Source: Deltaproteobacteria bacterium (lineage in GTDB: Bacteria; CG2-30-53-67). Taken from it: 50,004 bases of DNA. Shown in pieces: positions 10,162 to 21,500 of the stretch. How positions within the stretch are numbered: the first letter of the stretch is position 1; the number at the start of each line of letters is the position of its first letter. Location of the stretch: NCBI GenBank assembly GCA_013151235.1, contig JAADIO010000040.1, positions 1 to 50,004 of the forward strand. Direction: 5' to 3'. A program made the position numbers and the translations under genes. Below the pieces are notes generated by a model that was given only the letters and a program-made list of their open reading frames with translations, searched no databases and was not told where the DNA came from.

Positions 10162-11001
10162 TCAGACTTCGAGGGAAAATTCGGAAAGGGAGTCCATATC
10201 CTCTTCCAGTTCCTGCAGCACGGTCTCAACGAATCTCAGATCGACGCCGAGAATGGAAAAGGTCCGGGAATCGAGCGGAGGCACAAAGGGGCTTCCGCTC
10301 TCGCCGAAGCCGACGGCCTGGATCAGGAGATCGGCTAAATGGACCATGGCGGCACGGCGGCGGTAATTCCGTGCCCGCGAAGGTTCGTGATGACAGGTCA
10401 TCGGCTCGGCGATGTTCTCCGGCAGATTCCACTTGGCGGCTACCCAACGGGCGATCCCGGCATGATCGATCCCGACCATCCGTTCCTCCACCTCGCGCAT
10501 GTAGAGTCCTTCCTCCCGTGCGGTCCGCAGGATGGCCTCAAAATCCTCCGGGAGGGTAACCTTGATCATCACCTTGCCGATATCATGCAGCAGACCTGCA
10601 ATAAAGACCTCCTCACTGTCGGTTTCATCCAGTTTTCGGCCGATGATCCCGGCGACGGTGGCACACCCGAGGGAATGTTCCCAAAGCCCCACCATGGCCC
10701 GGCTCATCATGTCGAAGACCGAAGCAGAGATGAGCATCCCCTTAATGACGTTGAATCCTAAAAGCACCAGAGCATGGCTAACCGAAGAGATCCGGCCGGG
10801 AAATCCGTAGAAGGGGGAGTTCACCAGTTTCAGGACCTTGGCGGAGAGAACCTGATCGTGCGAGATAATCCTGCCTAATTTTTCCGTGGAGACATGGGGA
10901 TCGTGGATCATGGAGGTGATCTTCGAGACGACCCCCGGCAGGGTCGGAATATTTTTCACCTCTTCGATCTTCGATCGAAGGGCCTGCGTTTCGCCACCCA
11001 T
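10162..11001 (-). CDS. HDOD domain protein
   Basis: IPTLP, DQVLSAKVLKLVNSPFYG, WEHS, AGLLHDIGK, DHAGI..W.LP, HH. Confidence 0.9.
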   Translation of the reverse strand: MGGETQALRSKIEEVKNIPTLPGVVSKITSMIHDPHVSTEKLGRIISHDQVLSAKVLKLVNSPFYGFPGRISSVSHALVLLGFNVIKGMLISASVFDMMSRAMVGLWEHSLGCATVAGIIGRKLDETDSEEVFIAGLLHDIGKVMIKVTLPEDFEAILRTAREEGLYMREVEERMVGIDHAGIARWVAAKWNLPENIAEPMTCHHEPSRARNYRRRAAMVHLADLLIQAVGFGESGSPFVPPLDSRTFSILGVDLRFVETVLQELEEDMDSLSEFSLEV

Positions 11002-11319
11002 CTATTCCCCTTCTTCTCCGTAGCGGATTCTCAGGTTCCGGGCCACCATTTCCTTGATTTGAGACATTGTCCGGTCGGAAACCGTCCGGGCAAACCGATG
11101 ATCCATTTCACTGAGCAGCTCCCCGAAAGGCTTCTCCCCCTCTACCGCCACCGGCCGCCCTTCCACGGAGAGGAAGGCGATTCCGGCATTTTCGAAACGG
11201 AGCAGGATCGAGTCCGTCAGTTCCGTCCCCTCCTTGCACAGGGTCATCCCCCGCTCGTTTTCCACCCTCTTTGCCAGAACCATCCCCGGCGCCGCCTGTT
11301 CCCGTCTGATTCTCTGCAT
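11002..11319 (-). CDS. small conserved hypothetical protein (PGMVLA..V....G..L...G..LT motif, as found appended to HD-GYP proteins)
   Basis: GGAAAGGA RBS; abuts the HDOD gene; resembles the C-terminal tail of the 32798-34117 product. Confidence 0.7.
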   Translation of the reverse strand: MQRIRREQAAPGMVLAKRVENERGMTLCKEGTELTDSILLRFENAGIAFLSVEGRPVAVEGEKPFGELLSEMDHRFARTVSDRTMSQIKEMVARNLRIRYGEEGE

Positions 11320-11449
11320 ATCCTTTCCATCGGCATCTTGCCGAAAAAACTTGAGCCGGAACCGGGGCCGTCATCCGACTGTCGGGGGCGGCAATCATTG
11401 ACGAACCCGGCAAGATTTACCGTCCCACATACAACACAAACCATAAACT

Positions 11450-11492
11450 TTTCAATGGGTTAAGAAATACCATGGTTGGCATTTAACTTGCA
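11450..11492 (+). promoter_or_regulatory. sigma54 (-24/-12) promoter with upstream IHF-like site for the glycosyltransferase operon
   Basis: TGGCAT-TTAAC-TTGCA at 11477-92; TTTCAATGGGTTA at 11450-62. Confidence 0.75.
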
Positions 11493-11580
11493 GATGATTA
11501 CTATGATCATTTCTATCGAAATACCGGTCCTTGCGGAACATCCTGCCGCCGGGATGAATCTATCCAACAAGGAAGGTCCC

Positions 11581-14500
11581 ATGACAGAAAATTCGAACAC
11601 CTGCCAATACGTATCTCCCGCCTCAACGATATCACTTCACCAAAAAAAGAGGGAAGAACGCATACGACAGGGAGAAGCCCTGTTCCAAGAGGGAAAGATC
11701 GGTGAGGCAAAGGCACTTTTCGAAACGCTCCAGGTCGAATACCCGGACGATTCGGAGATCCTCAACAATCTTGGGGTCCTCGCCTGCGAAGAAGGAAAAT
11801 TAGAAGAGGGGATCGGGTATTTCGAAAAATGCATGGCCATCGCCCCCTCGAATCCCGATACGATCGAAAATATACGTTCTCTAAAAGAGGCTATCGCCTC
11901 TATGGAGCAACCTGAAATTGACGGGAAAAATACAACAGCGGCCGAGACAACGACGAAAGAGCCGATCCTGATCGTCATGGAAGAGGGGATCGGAAACATG
12001 ATCATGCTGACACCGGCGATTCGGGCCATAAAAAAAGTCCGGCCCGATCTTCCGATCCATATCCTCGGCCGGTACCCTGCCCTTGAAGTCATAGAAGGAT
12101 GGGACCTGGTTGACCGGATCCTGACGGAACCGGATGAAATTATTTATGAGACCGTATTCTACACAATCTGGTCACAAAAAAACCGGGAGCACCATGGAAA
12201 ATATCTTCATGCACATTGCAGGCAGGAAGGAACAATTGCCTACAATGATCCTACTCTCCATGAATCGGAATACCATATGGAGATCGCCCGTCATTTCGGC
12301 TACACCGGCCCCTTACCGGAACCTTTCTGTCCTGTTTCCGAGGTCGCATACCCCTTTCCTGAAGAAAAACCGGTGATCGGCCTGGCCGACACCTATCTTT
12401 CGAACGGTGCCTGGAACCGAAAAAGCTGGCCCCACTACCGACCCCTTGCCGCCGAACTGATCCGTCAGGGGTTCTCCGTTGCCCTTTTCGGCGGGAAGGA
12501 CGAAGCGGACCGTTTTCGCCCCGAGGAATGGCCCGAAGGGATCATCGACCTTCAGGGGAAGTACACCGTGGCAGAATCCGCCCAACTCATGAAAGCATGC
12601 AGCATAATTGTTGTCAACGACAGCGGCCCCGCCCATATGGCCGCCGCCGTCGGCGCCCGAACCGTTACCCTTTTCGGCGCCACACGGATCGACAAAAACA
12701 GACCGCTGGGGCCACATGTGAAAGTCATGACGGGAAACCTTACTTGTAGTCCCTGTCAGTATACCCCCGCATGGCAGAAATGCCACGACTGGAAGTGCAT
12801 GGAGTCCATTACTACCGAACAGATACTACATGTGATCAAAGAGACCGCCGCCCGGCCCGGACAGAAAAAAACGGCCGACATCCTCATCGTGGGCGTTACC
12901 GACCGCCCGGAATCGACGAATACCGCCATGCAAAAAGGATTTGAGACGCTCGGCTACAGCGTGGACACCTACAACTACCGGACGCGGGCCGCCGAACTCG
13001 GCTCCTTTGAAAGGATGAATCAGGACTTTCTCACCTTTTTGGAAGGCAAATCCTATGGCTTGATCCTTTTTTCCAAAATCAACGGCATGGCCCCCTCCTG
13101 CCTTACCGCCGCTCGGCGGCACGGCAGGACATGGTACTGGTTTATGGACGGGATTGATGCCGCCCGGGCCCTTGGTGCCGACCGCTACGCCGCCTGTACC
13201 GACTTCGCCAGCGCCACCTGCCGAGAAGTCACCCACTATTTTACTCCTGCCAATCCACGCTCCTTCCAAATCGTCGAGGGATTCGACCCGGAACTGCTGT
13301 CTCCGATGAAAGAAGAAAAGAAGTATGACGTCATTTTTATCGGCAACGCCACGGAAAAACGAATCCGCTCCATCGAAGCGATCCAAAAGATTGTCCCCGT
13401 CACTCTTTTCGGAAAGGGATGGCCCGGAAACTTGTCCGCGAACCCCCCAGTCTTCGGAAAAGATTTCCGCAAGATCATCAGCCAATCGAAAATCATTCTC
13501 AACCTGGTTCACTCCGACATTTTCTCCGACCGGGTGATTCATACACTCGCCTGCGGGGGATTTCTCCTCTCCGAATATTGCCCCGACCTGGAACAGCACT
13601 TCCGAAAAGGGAAAGACCTCGAATGGTATCGCGACATGGAGGAATTCCAGACCCTGATCTCCCATTACCTCCCCGATACGGCAGCGAGAAAAACCGTTGC
13701 CCAGGAAGGGTATGAGACGGTACGTGACGGTTATCCCTGGGAGCGGGTCTGCACACGGGTGGCCAATCTCGGCGGATTGCATCGGCAATCTTCCGGACAA
13801 GCACTACAGCCCCCCTCCCCTGCACCATCCGGTCGAACCAGCCACAAGGAAAAAGTCCTCCTCGTCTCCTGGCATGGCCTGGGCGACAACGTGATGCTGA
13901 CACCGGCCCTACGGAAATTCAAGGAGAGGAACCCGGAGACGGAGATCACCCTTCTGGGTCTCAAGCGGTTCGGCAAGACTCTCCGGGAACTCTTAAGCGG
14001 ACTCCCCTTTATCGACGAAATCCTCCCGATCCTCCCCGATGCATGGAACGACTTTACGGACTACGGCGGCGGAGTTCAGGCCGTCTGCGCCGAGGCCGAA
14101 TCCTACGCAAAGGAGAACGGATTCGACCGGATGATCCTGCTTCCCACGGAGCGAAAACCGGGATATCGCCTCCATAAGATCTTCCGTTTTGCCGAAGAGC
14201 TGGGAGTCGATTTCGAAAAATTAGAGGAATTGCAGACAATCCTTACCGTCGCAAAAGAAGCCCGAGAAAAAGCCGACTCTTTTCTGAGAGGTCTGCCGAA
14301 ACCGGTGGTGGTTCTTCACACCAAGGCGGGCAACAGCCCCAAGACCCTGAATCCGGATCAGGTCGAAGAGGTGCTCCGCCGCTTCCCCGACGGCACAATC
14401 CTCGAATTTGGAAGAAAGAGTAACGAACGGTCCGTCATGATCCCGGAAAATGATATGGAATTCTCCAAAGCCCTGATCCAACGAGCAGACCGGATCGTTG

Positions 14501-15570
14501 CCATTGACTCCGTTGTCATGCACATTGCAGGAGCTCTGTGCCGCCCCCTGACGGCAATCTTTACAACAACTCCCGTTCAGCAGGCTGTACCGATTACCAT
14601 GCCTGTTGAAATCGTGGGAGAAGTGAACGAACGAACCCGCATCGACCAATGGTCCCACCTTTTGGATGAAATTCTGCGAACCTATCCGTCAGGAGAAGGC
14701 AAATCTCCGGAGCAAAGGAATACAAATTCACCTCTCCGATTCTCACGGATCGTGATCACCGGCGCCGGCCACAGCGGCACCAACTGGATCACCGAAATTG
14801 TTCGTTCCTCCGGACGATACCAGTTTACCGAATACATGGAAGACCGGGAACTCTTTCGCCACAAGGAACTCCCCACGGGTTACGGGACACAACTTGCCAC
14901 GGAGAATCCAGGCTTTCACTGGAAAAATCTGAAGACACTTCTCGACCGTTACAAGGATTTGGCCGTAATTCTGATCACACGCCACCCCATCGACACCTGC
15001 CTTTCGAAAATTGTCCGGGGACAACTCAAGGGCGGGGATGGCCCGGTTGAAAATATATGGGATTACTCCTGGGATAGTACCCTGAAAGGATCCGTCAAAT
15101 CGATTGAAGGGATGTATGACATTCTCGTTCGTCTGCAACAGGAATACCCCGACCGGGTGCATCGATTGACCCTGGAAGATCTCATTACCCAGAGAGAGAC
15201 GGAAATAGACCGCATCTGCTCCTTCCTTCAGATCCTCAGGACAGAGGCCATGACAGAGGCCTATCGGAACATCCGGAACGTACATCAACAAAAACGTTGC
15301 GGAAAAGCCGTTGATGGCGGCCAAATAAATCTTTATCGTAATTTGCAGGAAGCCTTTGGCGGTTTCTTCCATGACAAGAAAGAACTGGTTGCCTTTCTCT
15401 GTAGAGAGTTACAACCCATTTCCGAGGCCCTTGGATACGAAGTAATAGATCCCTGCAAGACCGGCATCCGTCGAGACACCCGAACCTCGACATCCATTGT
15501 GCAGCCTCCGTCAGAGGTCCACAGGAGCTTGCCGTTCGAGGGCTCTACACCTTCGGCATTGCCTGTTTGA
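11581..15570 (+). CDS. multidomain protein: TPR + GT9 + CgeB-like GT-B + GT9 + sulfotransferase-like (1329 aa)
   Basis: EGIGNMIMLTP..NDSGPAHMAAAVG; DVIFIGN..DRVIHTLACGGFLLSE; HGLGDNVMLTP..IDSVVMHIA; ITGAGHSGTNW..RHPIDTCLS..LEDL. Start set at ATG 11581 (GGAAGG RBS) because TTG 11476 lies inside the sigma54 promoter. Confidence 0.85.
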   Translation: MTENSNTCQYVSPASTISLHQKKREERIRQGEALFQEGKIGEAKALFETLQVEYPDDSEILNNLGVLACEEGKLEEGIGYFEKCMAIAPSNPDTIENIRSLKEAIASMEQPEIDGKNTTAAETTTKEPILIVMEEGIGNMIMLTPAIRAIKKVRPDLPIHILGRYPALEVIEGWDLVDRILTEPDEIIYETVFYTIWSQKNREHHGKYLHAHCRQEGTIAYNDPTLHESEYHMEIARHFGYTGPLPEPFCPVSEVAYPFPEEKPVIGLADTYLSNGAWNRKSWPHYRPLAAELIRQGFSVALFGGKDEADRFRPEEWPEGIIDLQGKYTVAESAQLMKACSIIVVNDSGPAHMAAAVGARTVTLFGATRIDKNRPLGPHVKVMTGNLTCSPCQYTPAWQKCHDWKCMESITTEQILHVIKETAARPGQKKTADILIVGVTDRPESTNTAMQKGFETLGYSVDTYNYRTRAAELGSFERMNQDFLTFLEGKSYGLILFSKINGMAPSCLTAARRHGRTWYWFMDGIDAARALGADRYAACTDFASATCREVTHYFTPANPRSFQIVEGFDPELLSPMKEEKKYDVIFIGNATEKRIRSIEAIQKIVPVTLFGKGWPGNLSANPPVFGKDFRKIISQSKIILNLVHSDIFSDRVIHTLACGGFLLSEYCPDLEQHFRKGKDLEWYRDMEEFQTLISHYLPDTAARKTVAQEGYETVRDGYPWERVCTRVANLGGLHRQSSGQALQPPSPAPSGRTSHKEKVLLVSWHGLGDNVMLTPALRKFKERNPETEITLLGLKRFGKTLRELLSGLPFIDEILPILPDAWNDFTDYGGGVQAVCAEAESYAKENGFDRMILLPTERKPGYRLHKIFRFAEELGVDFEKLEELQTILTVAKEAREKADSFLRGLPKPVVVLHTKAGNSPKTLNPDQVEEVLRRFPDGTILEFGRKSNERSVMIPENDMEFSKALIQRADRIVAIDSVVMHIAGALCRPLTAIFTTTPVQQAVPITMPVEIVGEVNERTRIDQWSHLLDEILRTYPSGEGKSPEQRNTNSPLRFSRIVITGAGHSGTNWITEIVRSSGRYQFTEYMEDRELFRHKELPTGYGTQLATENPGFHWKNLKTLLDRYKDLAVILITRHPIDTCLSKIVRGQLKGGDGPVENIWDYSWDSTLKGSVKSIEGMYDILVRLQQEYPDRVHRLTLEDLITQRETEIDRICSFLQILRTEAMTEAYRNIRNVHQQKRCGKAVDGGQINLYRNLQEAFGGFFHDKKELVAFLCRELQPISEALGYEVIDPCKTGIRRDTRTSTSIVQPPSEVHRSLPFEGSTPSALPV

Positions 15571-15580
15571 GAAAACAAAG

Positions 15581-18500
15581 ATGAGTGCCATTATATTTTA
15601 TACTCACAGCACCCCCTTCCATCCGGGGACGATCCTCACCCGGGGACTGGGAGGATCGGAGAGCGCCCTGATTCACATGGCCCGGGAACTGGCCCGGATC
15701 GGCCACAGCATCCATGTCTTCTGCAACTGCGACGCGCCGGGGACCTACGACAAAGTGATCTATCAAAACATCTCGGAGCTCCCTGCCTTCTTTCAACTTT
15801 CCCGTCCCGACCTTTTCGTATCGCTTCGGATTCCTCAGGTCCTGGCCGAACCGATCCCGGCACAGCTCAAATGGCTCTGGGCCGAGGACAGCTTCGATCA
15901 GCCCCATATCCAGTGCCTCATGGACCCTTCGCTGGTGCGGAAGATCGACCGGGTCGTCACGGTCAGCCGCTGGCAGGCCGAAACCTACCGACGTCATTTC
16001 CGGATCAACGATGAAAAGTTTTACATCAGCCGGAACGGTTTTCACTCCCCCTTCTATGAAGGCCCCTGTACAGACGAACGTCCGCCACGACTGGTCTATT
16101 CAAGCACCCCTTTTCGAGGACTCGACGTCCTGCTGAATCTCTTCCCTGAAATCCGGAATGCGGTCCCCGATGCGGAACTTTATATTTACAGCAGTATGGC
16201 CGTCTACGGAGTCAATCGTGAAGAAGATGAAAAGGAGTATGGAGAACTCTACCGGAAGGCGGAGCAGCCCGGCGTCCGGCTGATCGGCACGGTTCCCCAG
16301 GATCGGTTGGCAAAGGAACTGATGCAATCGGCCCTCCTGGCCTACCCGAACCATTTTGCCGAGACCTCCTGCATCGCCGCCATCGAGGCACAGGCGGCGG
16401 GAGTGCCGGTCGTCACCACAGCACTGGGGGGACTCAACGAAACGGTCCGGCAGGGCGAAACGGGGATTCTCATCCCCGGAGACAGCCGGACGGAGAAATA
16501 CGGAAAACAATTCATCGGAGAAATCGTCTCTTTTCTTCAAGACCGTGAGAAATGGAGAACATTCAGTCAACGCGCCCGGAGGCGGGCCTTTTCCGAATAT
16601 CGATGGGAGGTGATTGCGAAGGAGTGGAGCCATGAATTAGACAGGGAACTGTCTGCACACAAAGCAAAGCAGGCGGGGATAGGAAATATCGGTGGTTCGA
16701 AAGACTCTATCTCCGCCTGCCGAAATGAAATTGCAAGGCATCCCGATCATCCCGAGCCCTATCACCGCCTCGGCCTCCTCTACCGGAAGGCGGGGGAACC
16801 GGAGAAGGCCCTCGCCGCCTTCCGGGAGGCAATTTCCCACTACGTTCTCTATGACGACGCCTACGAAAACTACCGGGCCACGGCGGAGGAACTCGGCATC
16901 ACACTGCAACGGGATAATCTGGATATCGTTTTTTATACCGTGGGGAACTTCACCCCCGCCGACCTGGGGGTCCGGGCCGTAGGCGGCAGTGAAACAGCCC
17001 TGATGTCCATGGCGCGGGAGCTTGCCCGTCTCGGAAGGGGGGTCATCGTCTACAACGGTACGCAGGAGGTCTCGGTCCATGAAGGAGTGGAATACCGGAA
17101 CCTTGCCGACTTCTTCCTTCTGAACCGATGGAACAGGATCCCTGTCTTCATCTCTTCCCGGGTCCCCATGCCGTTCCGGGCCGGGGTCAATGCCGAGCGG
17201 AAGATCTTCTGGGTCCATGATGACTGCCAGGCCGAATATATCCGGAAGGAGAATCTCGGAGACCTTCCAGCCGACGAAATCCTCACCGTCAGCCGCTGGC
17301 AGGCGGAGACCTATGCCGAGCACTTCCGGGTTCCCCGTCACCGGTTCACGATCTCCCGTAACGGGATCGACCTCTTCCTCTTTCCGACCGGAGAATATCC
17401 CCGTGACCGGAACCGGCTCCTCTATATCAGCCGCCCCGACCGGGGCCTTTCCATCCTGCTTGATCTCTTCCCGAAAATTCGGGAGCAGGCGCCGGAAGCG
17501 GAACTCCACATCTTCACCTATACCCAGGCGCAGGATCTCGAAAGTGACCCGGAGATGCAGCCGATCCTCCCGAAGCTGGATCAGCCCGGCGTCGTGCTGC
17601 GAGGCTGCGTTCCGAAGGAAGCTCTCTATAACGAACTCAAAAAGGCACGGCTTCTTCTCTACCCTTCGATCTGGCGAGAAACCTCCTGTATCGCGGTTTT
17701 AGAAGCCCAGGCCGCCGGACTCCCGATCGTCACAACCCCCCTGGCGGCCCTGCCGGAATCGGTGGCCGGAGGGGTCTTCGTCCCCGGCAACCCCAATTCC
17801 ACCTTTTACCGGGACCGGTTCGTTGAGGAGACCCTTCGACTGATGCGGGACGACACCTCATGGCGGGAACTCTCGGAACGGGGACGGGCCTTCATCAGAA
17901 GGCATCACACCTGGGCGAAGATCGCCTCCGAATGGGATACCTACCTGAGATGTTCGACAACCCGGCCCCTGCTTTCTCTCTGCATGATCGTGAAAAACGA
18001 AGAGGAGGTACTGGGAAGATGCCTGAAAAGCGTCGCCGAGGTCGTTGACGAGATCGTCATCGTCGATACGGGGTCGGAGGACAACACCTGCGACATCGCC
18101 GCCTCCTTCGGCGCCCGGATCATTCGCCATAACTGGAAAGATGACTTCAGCGAGGCCCGGAACCTCTCCCTCGACTATGCCCGGGGGAAATGGATCCTCG
18201 TCCTTGATGCCGACGAAATCATTGCACCCGGAGATCTTGAAAAGATTATAGAGACGATTCAAAACCCCGAGGTCTCCGCCTGTTCCATGATACAGAGATC
18301 CTACACCGACGATGCGACGCTCCTGCACTGGAAAAAGAACGACGGACGATACGACGAGAGCAGGAAATTTTCAGGCTATATTGAATCCGAATTGATCCGC
18401 CTCTTCCGTCGCCGTCCGGAAATTCGGTTTCGGGACCGTATCCACGAACTCGTCGAGCCCTCCATTGCGGAAGCCGGTCTTCCCGTAGAACGCCTGGCAA

Positions 18501-21500
18501 TTCCGATTCATCACTTCGGGAAGGTCCGGGACGATGACCGGGGAATCATCAAAGGAGCACTCTACCGTGAATTGGGAGAAATCAAGATGAAAGAAAGACC
18601 GGACGACCCCAGGGCCGCATTCGAACTGGCCGCACAGATGATCTCATTGAAAGAGTTCGCCAAAGCGATTCCCCTCCTGGAAGAACTGGTCCGACTCAAA
18701 CCGGACTCCGCCAAGCCTTATCTCCTTCTCGGAACCGCACTGATGGAACTCGGCCGAAACAAAGAAGCACAAAAGAGGTGCGAAGAAGCCTGCCGGATAG
18801 AGCCGGAAAGCGCTGACTGCACCTATAACCTCGGCGTCGTCCATCAAAGACTGGAGCAGCACACAAAGGCCATCGATCTGTTCCGAAAGGCCATTCACCT
18901 CCAATCCGGTCACTTCCTCGCCTACTGGAGTCTCGGCTTCTCCGAACTGATCACCGGGGATTCCGGGAATGCGGAAGGACACCTCAAAGAATCAATATCT
19001 ATCAATCCCCGTTTCGCCTCATCAAGAAACGACTTGGCCGTTCTCTATGCAAGAACGGGACGGATGGAACTTGCATGCAGAGAGTTGGAAACCATTCTCG
19101 ACTTTGAGCCGGGCAATGAACAGGCCAGGCAAAATCTGGAGATCGCCCGCGCCGGGCTCCATGAATCCACCGGTCCAGCGATACGGCAGAACGGGAAGAT
19201 CTCTCTTGCCGTGATCGTTAAGAACGGAGAACAGGGCCTCCCCCGCTGTCTCGACTCGGTCAAGGATTTCCTGGATGAGATCGTCATTGTCGATACCGGG
19301 TCGGAAGACAAAACCGTTGAAATCGCACGCCGCTACACCGACCGGGTCTACTTACACCCCTGGTCGGACGATTTCAGCGAAGCACGAAATGTATCCATCA
19401 ATCATGCATCGTCGGAGTGGATTCTGGTCCTTGATGCCGATGAATGGTTCCGCCCGGAAGAGGCCGGAAAACTCCGGGAAATCGTTTCCCGTGCGGAAAG
19501 CACAATCACACACTTCTATCTTGACCGGTGGAACCTTGGGGCCGATGGTCAGACCGGTACCGTCATGAGCCTCCCCCGTCTATTTCGGAACCATCTCGCC
19601 GGCCGATTCGAGGGAAGGATCCACGAGCAGCTCGTGATCGGGGGGAAGGGGATCCATTGCGGCCTGCACTTCCTGCACGACGGCTACGGACGGGGGGATG
19701 ACCGGGAACGGGAGAAATATCTTCGCAACTGCCGGATGATCGAACGGGAGATCAACGCCGACCCGGAGAATCCTTTTCATTACCATAACCTCTGTCTCTC
19801 CCTGAAGGCCCTCGGAGAAGAAGAAAAAGCGATTGACGCCGGGCATCGGGCCGTTGATCTGGCACGCGCACAGGGGGTACGGCCCCGTTACCTGGTGCAG
19901 ACCTGCTATGCAGCGGCAACGCACCACTATCTGAAAGGGGAGATGGAAGCCGCCCGGACCTTCGCCGAATCCGCCCGGACCTTCGCCCCCGACCATCCCG
20001 ACGGATGGTACCTCCTAACCCTGATCGCCGCCGACCAGGGTCCATGGGACGAGTGTATCCGGACGGGAAAACAATTCCTGACCGTTGTGGAAAAACGAAA
20101 GGACGGGGCGGTCATAGAACCGGTTCCCGTTTACACCCAGGAACGGGCCCATAACGTCATGGCCATGATCGGCGGGGCCTTCTACCGCCTGGGTAATCCT
20201 GCGGAAGGGGATGCCTGGCTGATCCGGGCGATCGAAAGCGGCCGGAAAGATCTTGATTTTATCCGTTCCATCGAGATCTTTTATGACGCGATCGGAGAAA
20301 CGGAGAAGGCCGGCGTCATCCGGGACGGAATCACCCCCCCGAAAAACGAAGGCAAGAACAGACAAAAAAGCCCGAACCTCTCCCTCTGCATGATCGTGAA
20401 AAACGAAGAAGAGATGCTTGCCGGATGCCTGGAGAGCGTGCAGGGACTGGTCGATGAGATCATCATCATTGACACGGGATCCACGGACAAGACCGTTGAG
20501 ATCGCACGCCGCTATACCGAAAAGATCTTCTCCCATCCCTGGGCCGATGATTTCAGCAAGGCCCGAAACGTATCCATCCATCATGCCACGGGGGAATGGA
20601 TCCTCGTTCTCGATGCCGATGAAAAGATCTCCGCCAAAGACCATGCGAAAATTCGGGAGGCGCTGAACACCCCCGGCGCCATGGCCTTTGATCTGATTCA
20701 ACGAAACTACACCCATGACCGGGATGCCTTCGGGTGGCGGCAGAACCGTGGCGCGTATGAAGAAGAAGGAGCCTTTCCCGGTCATTTCGATGTTTCCCTC
20801 ACCCGCCTGTTCCGGAGAAATCCGAAAATTCGTTTCGTCCATCGGGTCCACGAACGGGTGGAAGAGTCTCTCGATGCAGCGAGCATCCCCCATCCCCTTC
20901 TTTCCGTCCCGATCCATCACTTCGGTAAGACCCGAGGAAATGAATTTCTCCACCGGAAACTGGAATACTACCTACATCTGGCCCGGGAAAAACAGAAAGA
21001 AGATCCGGCGGACAGCCGGGCCGGTTATGAGATTGGCGGAACCCTTGTCGAACTCGGACGAACGGAGGAAGCCCTGCCATATCTGGAAAGAGCCTGCCGA
21101 ATCGACCCGGACTTCCGGGAGGCACGGATTCTTCTCGGGATCACCCTGTACCAGTTGGAATCCTATGAAAGAGCCGAACAGGTTTTTGCATCTCTCCCTC
21201 CCGGGCAGGAGGATCTTCCCCTTCTGCGGCTCCGGGGTATTGTCTCTCTGCGGCTGCAAAAGGGGGACGCTGCAGAACGGGCCTTTCGTTCCGCGCTGCG
21301 TCACGACCCGAAGAACGAAAGCTGCCGGATCGGACTGGCACAGGCAGAAGTCCTTCAGGGAAAGCTGGAGGACGCCGTTACAACCCTGGAGATTGCCCTC
21401 CGGGACCATCCGAACTCTCCCCAAGCCCTGAACGATCGGGGCTGTCTCGCCCTTGTGAAAGGAAACCGGCAGGAAGCGGAACGGTTCTTCCGGAATGCCC

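Noticed and set aside
19950-19987. 17-bp direct repeat CCGCCCGGACCTTCGCC
   Set aside because: In-frame 7-codon micro-duplication within a TPR helix (ARTFA twice); no sign of independent function.
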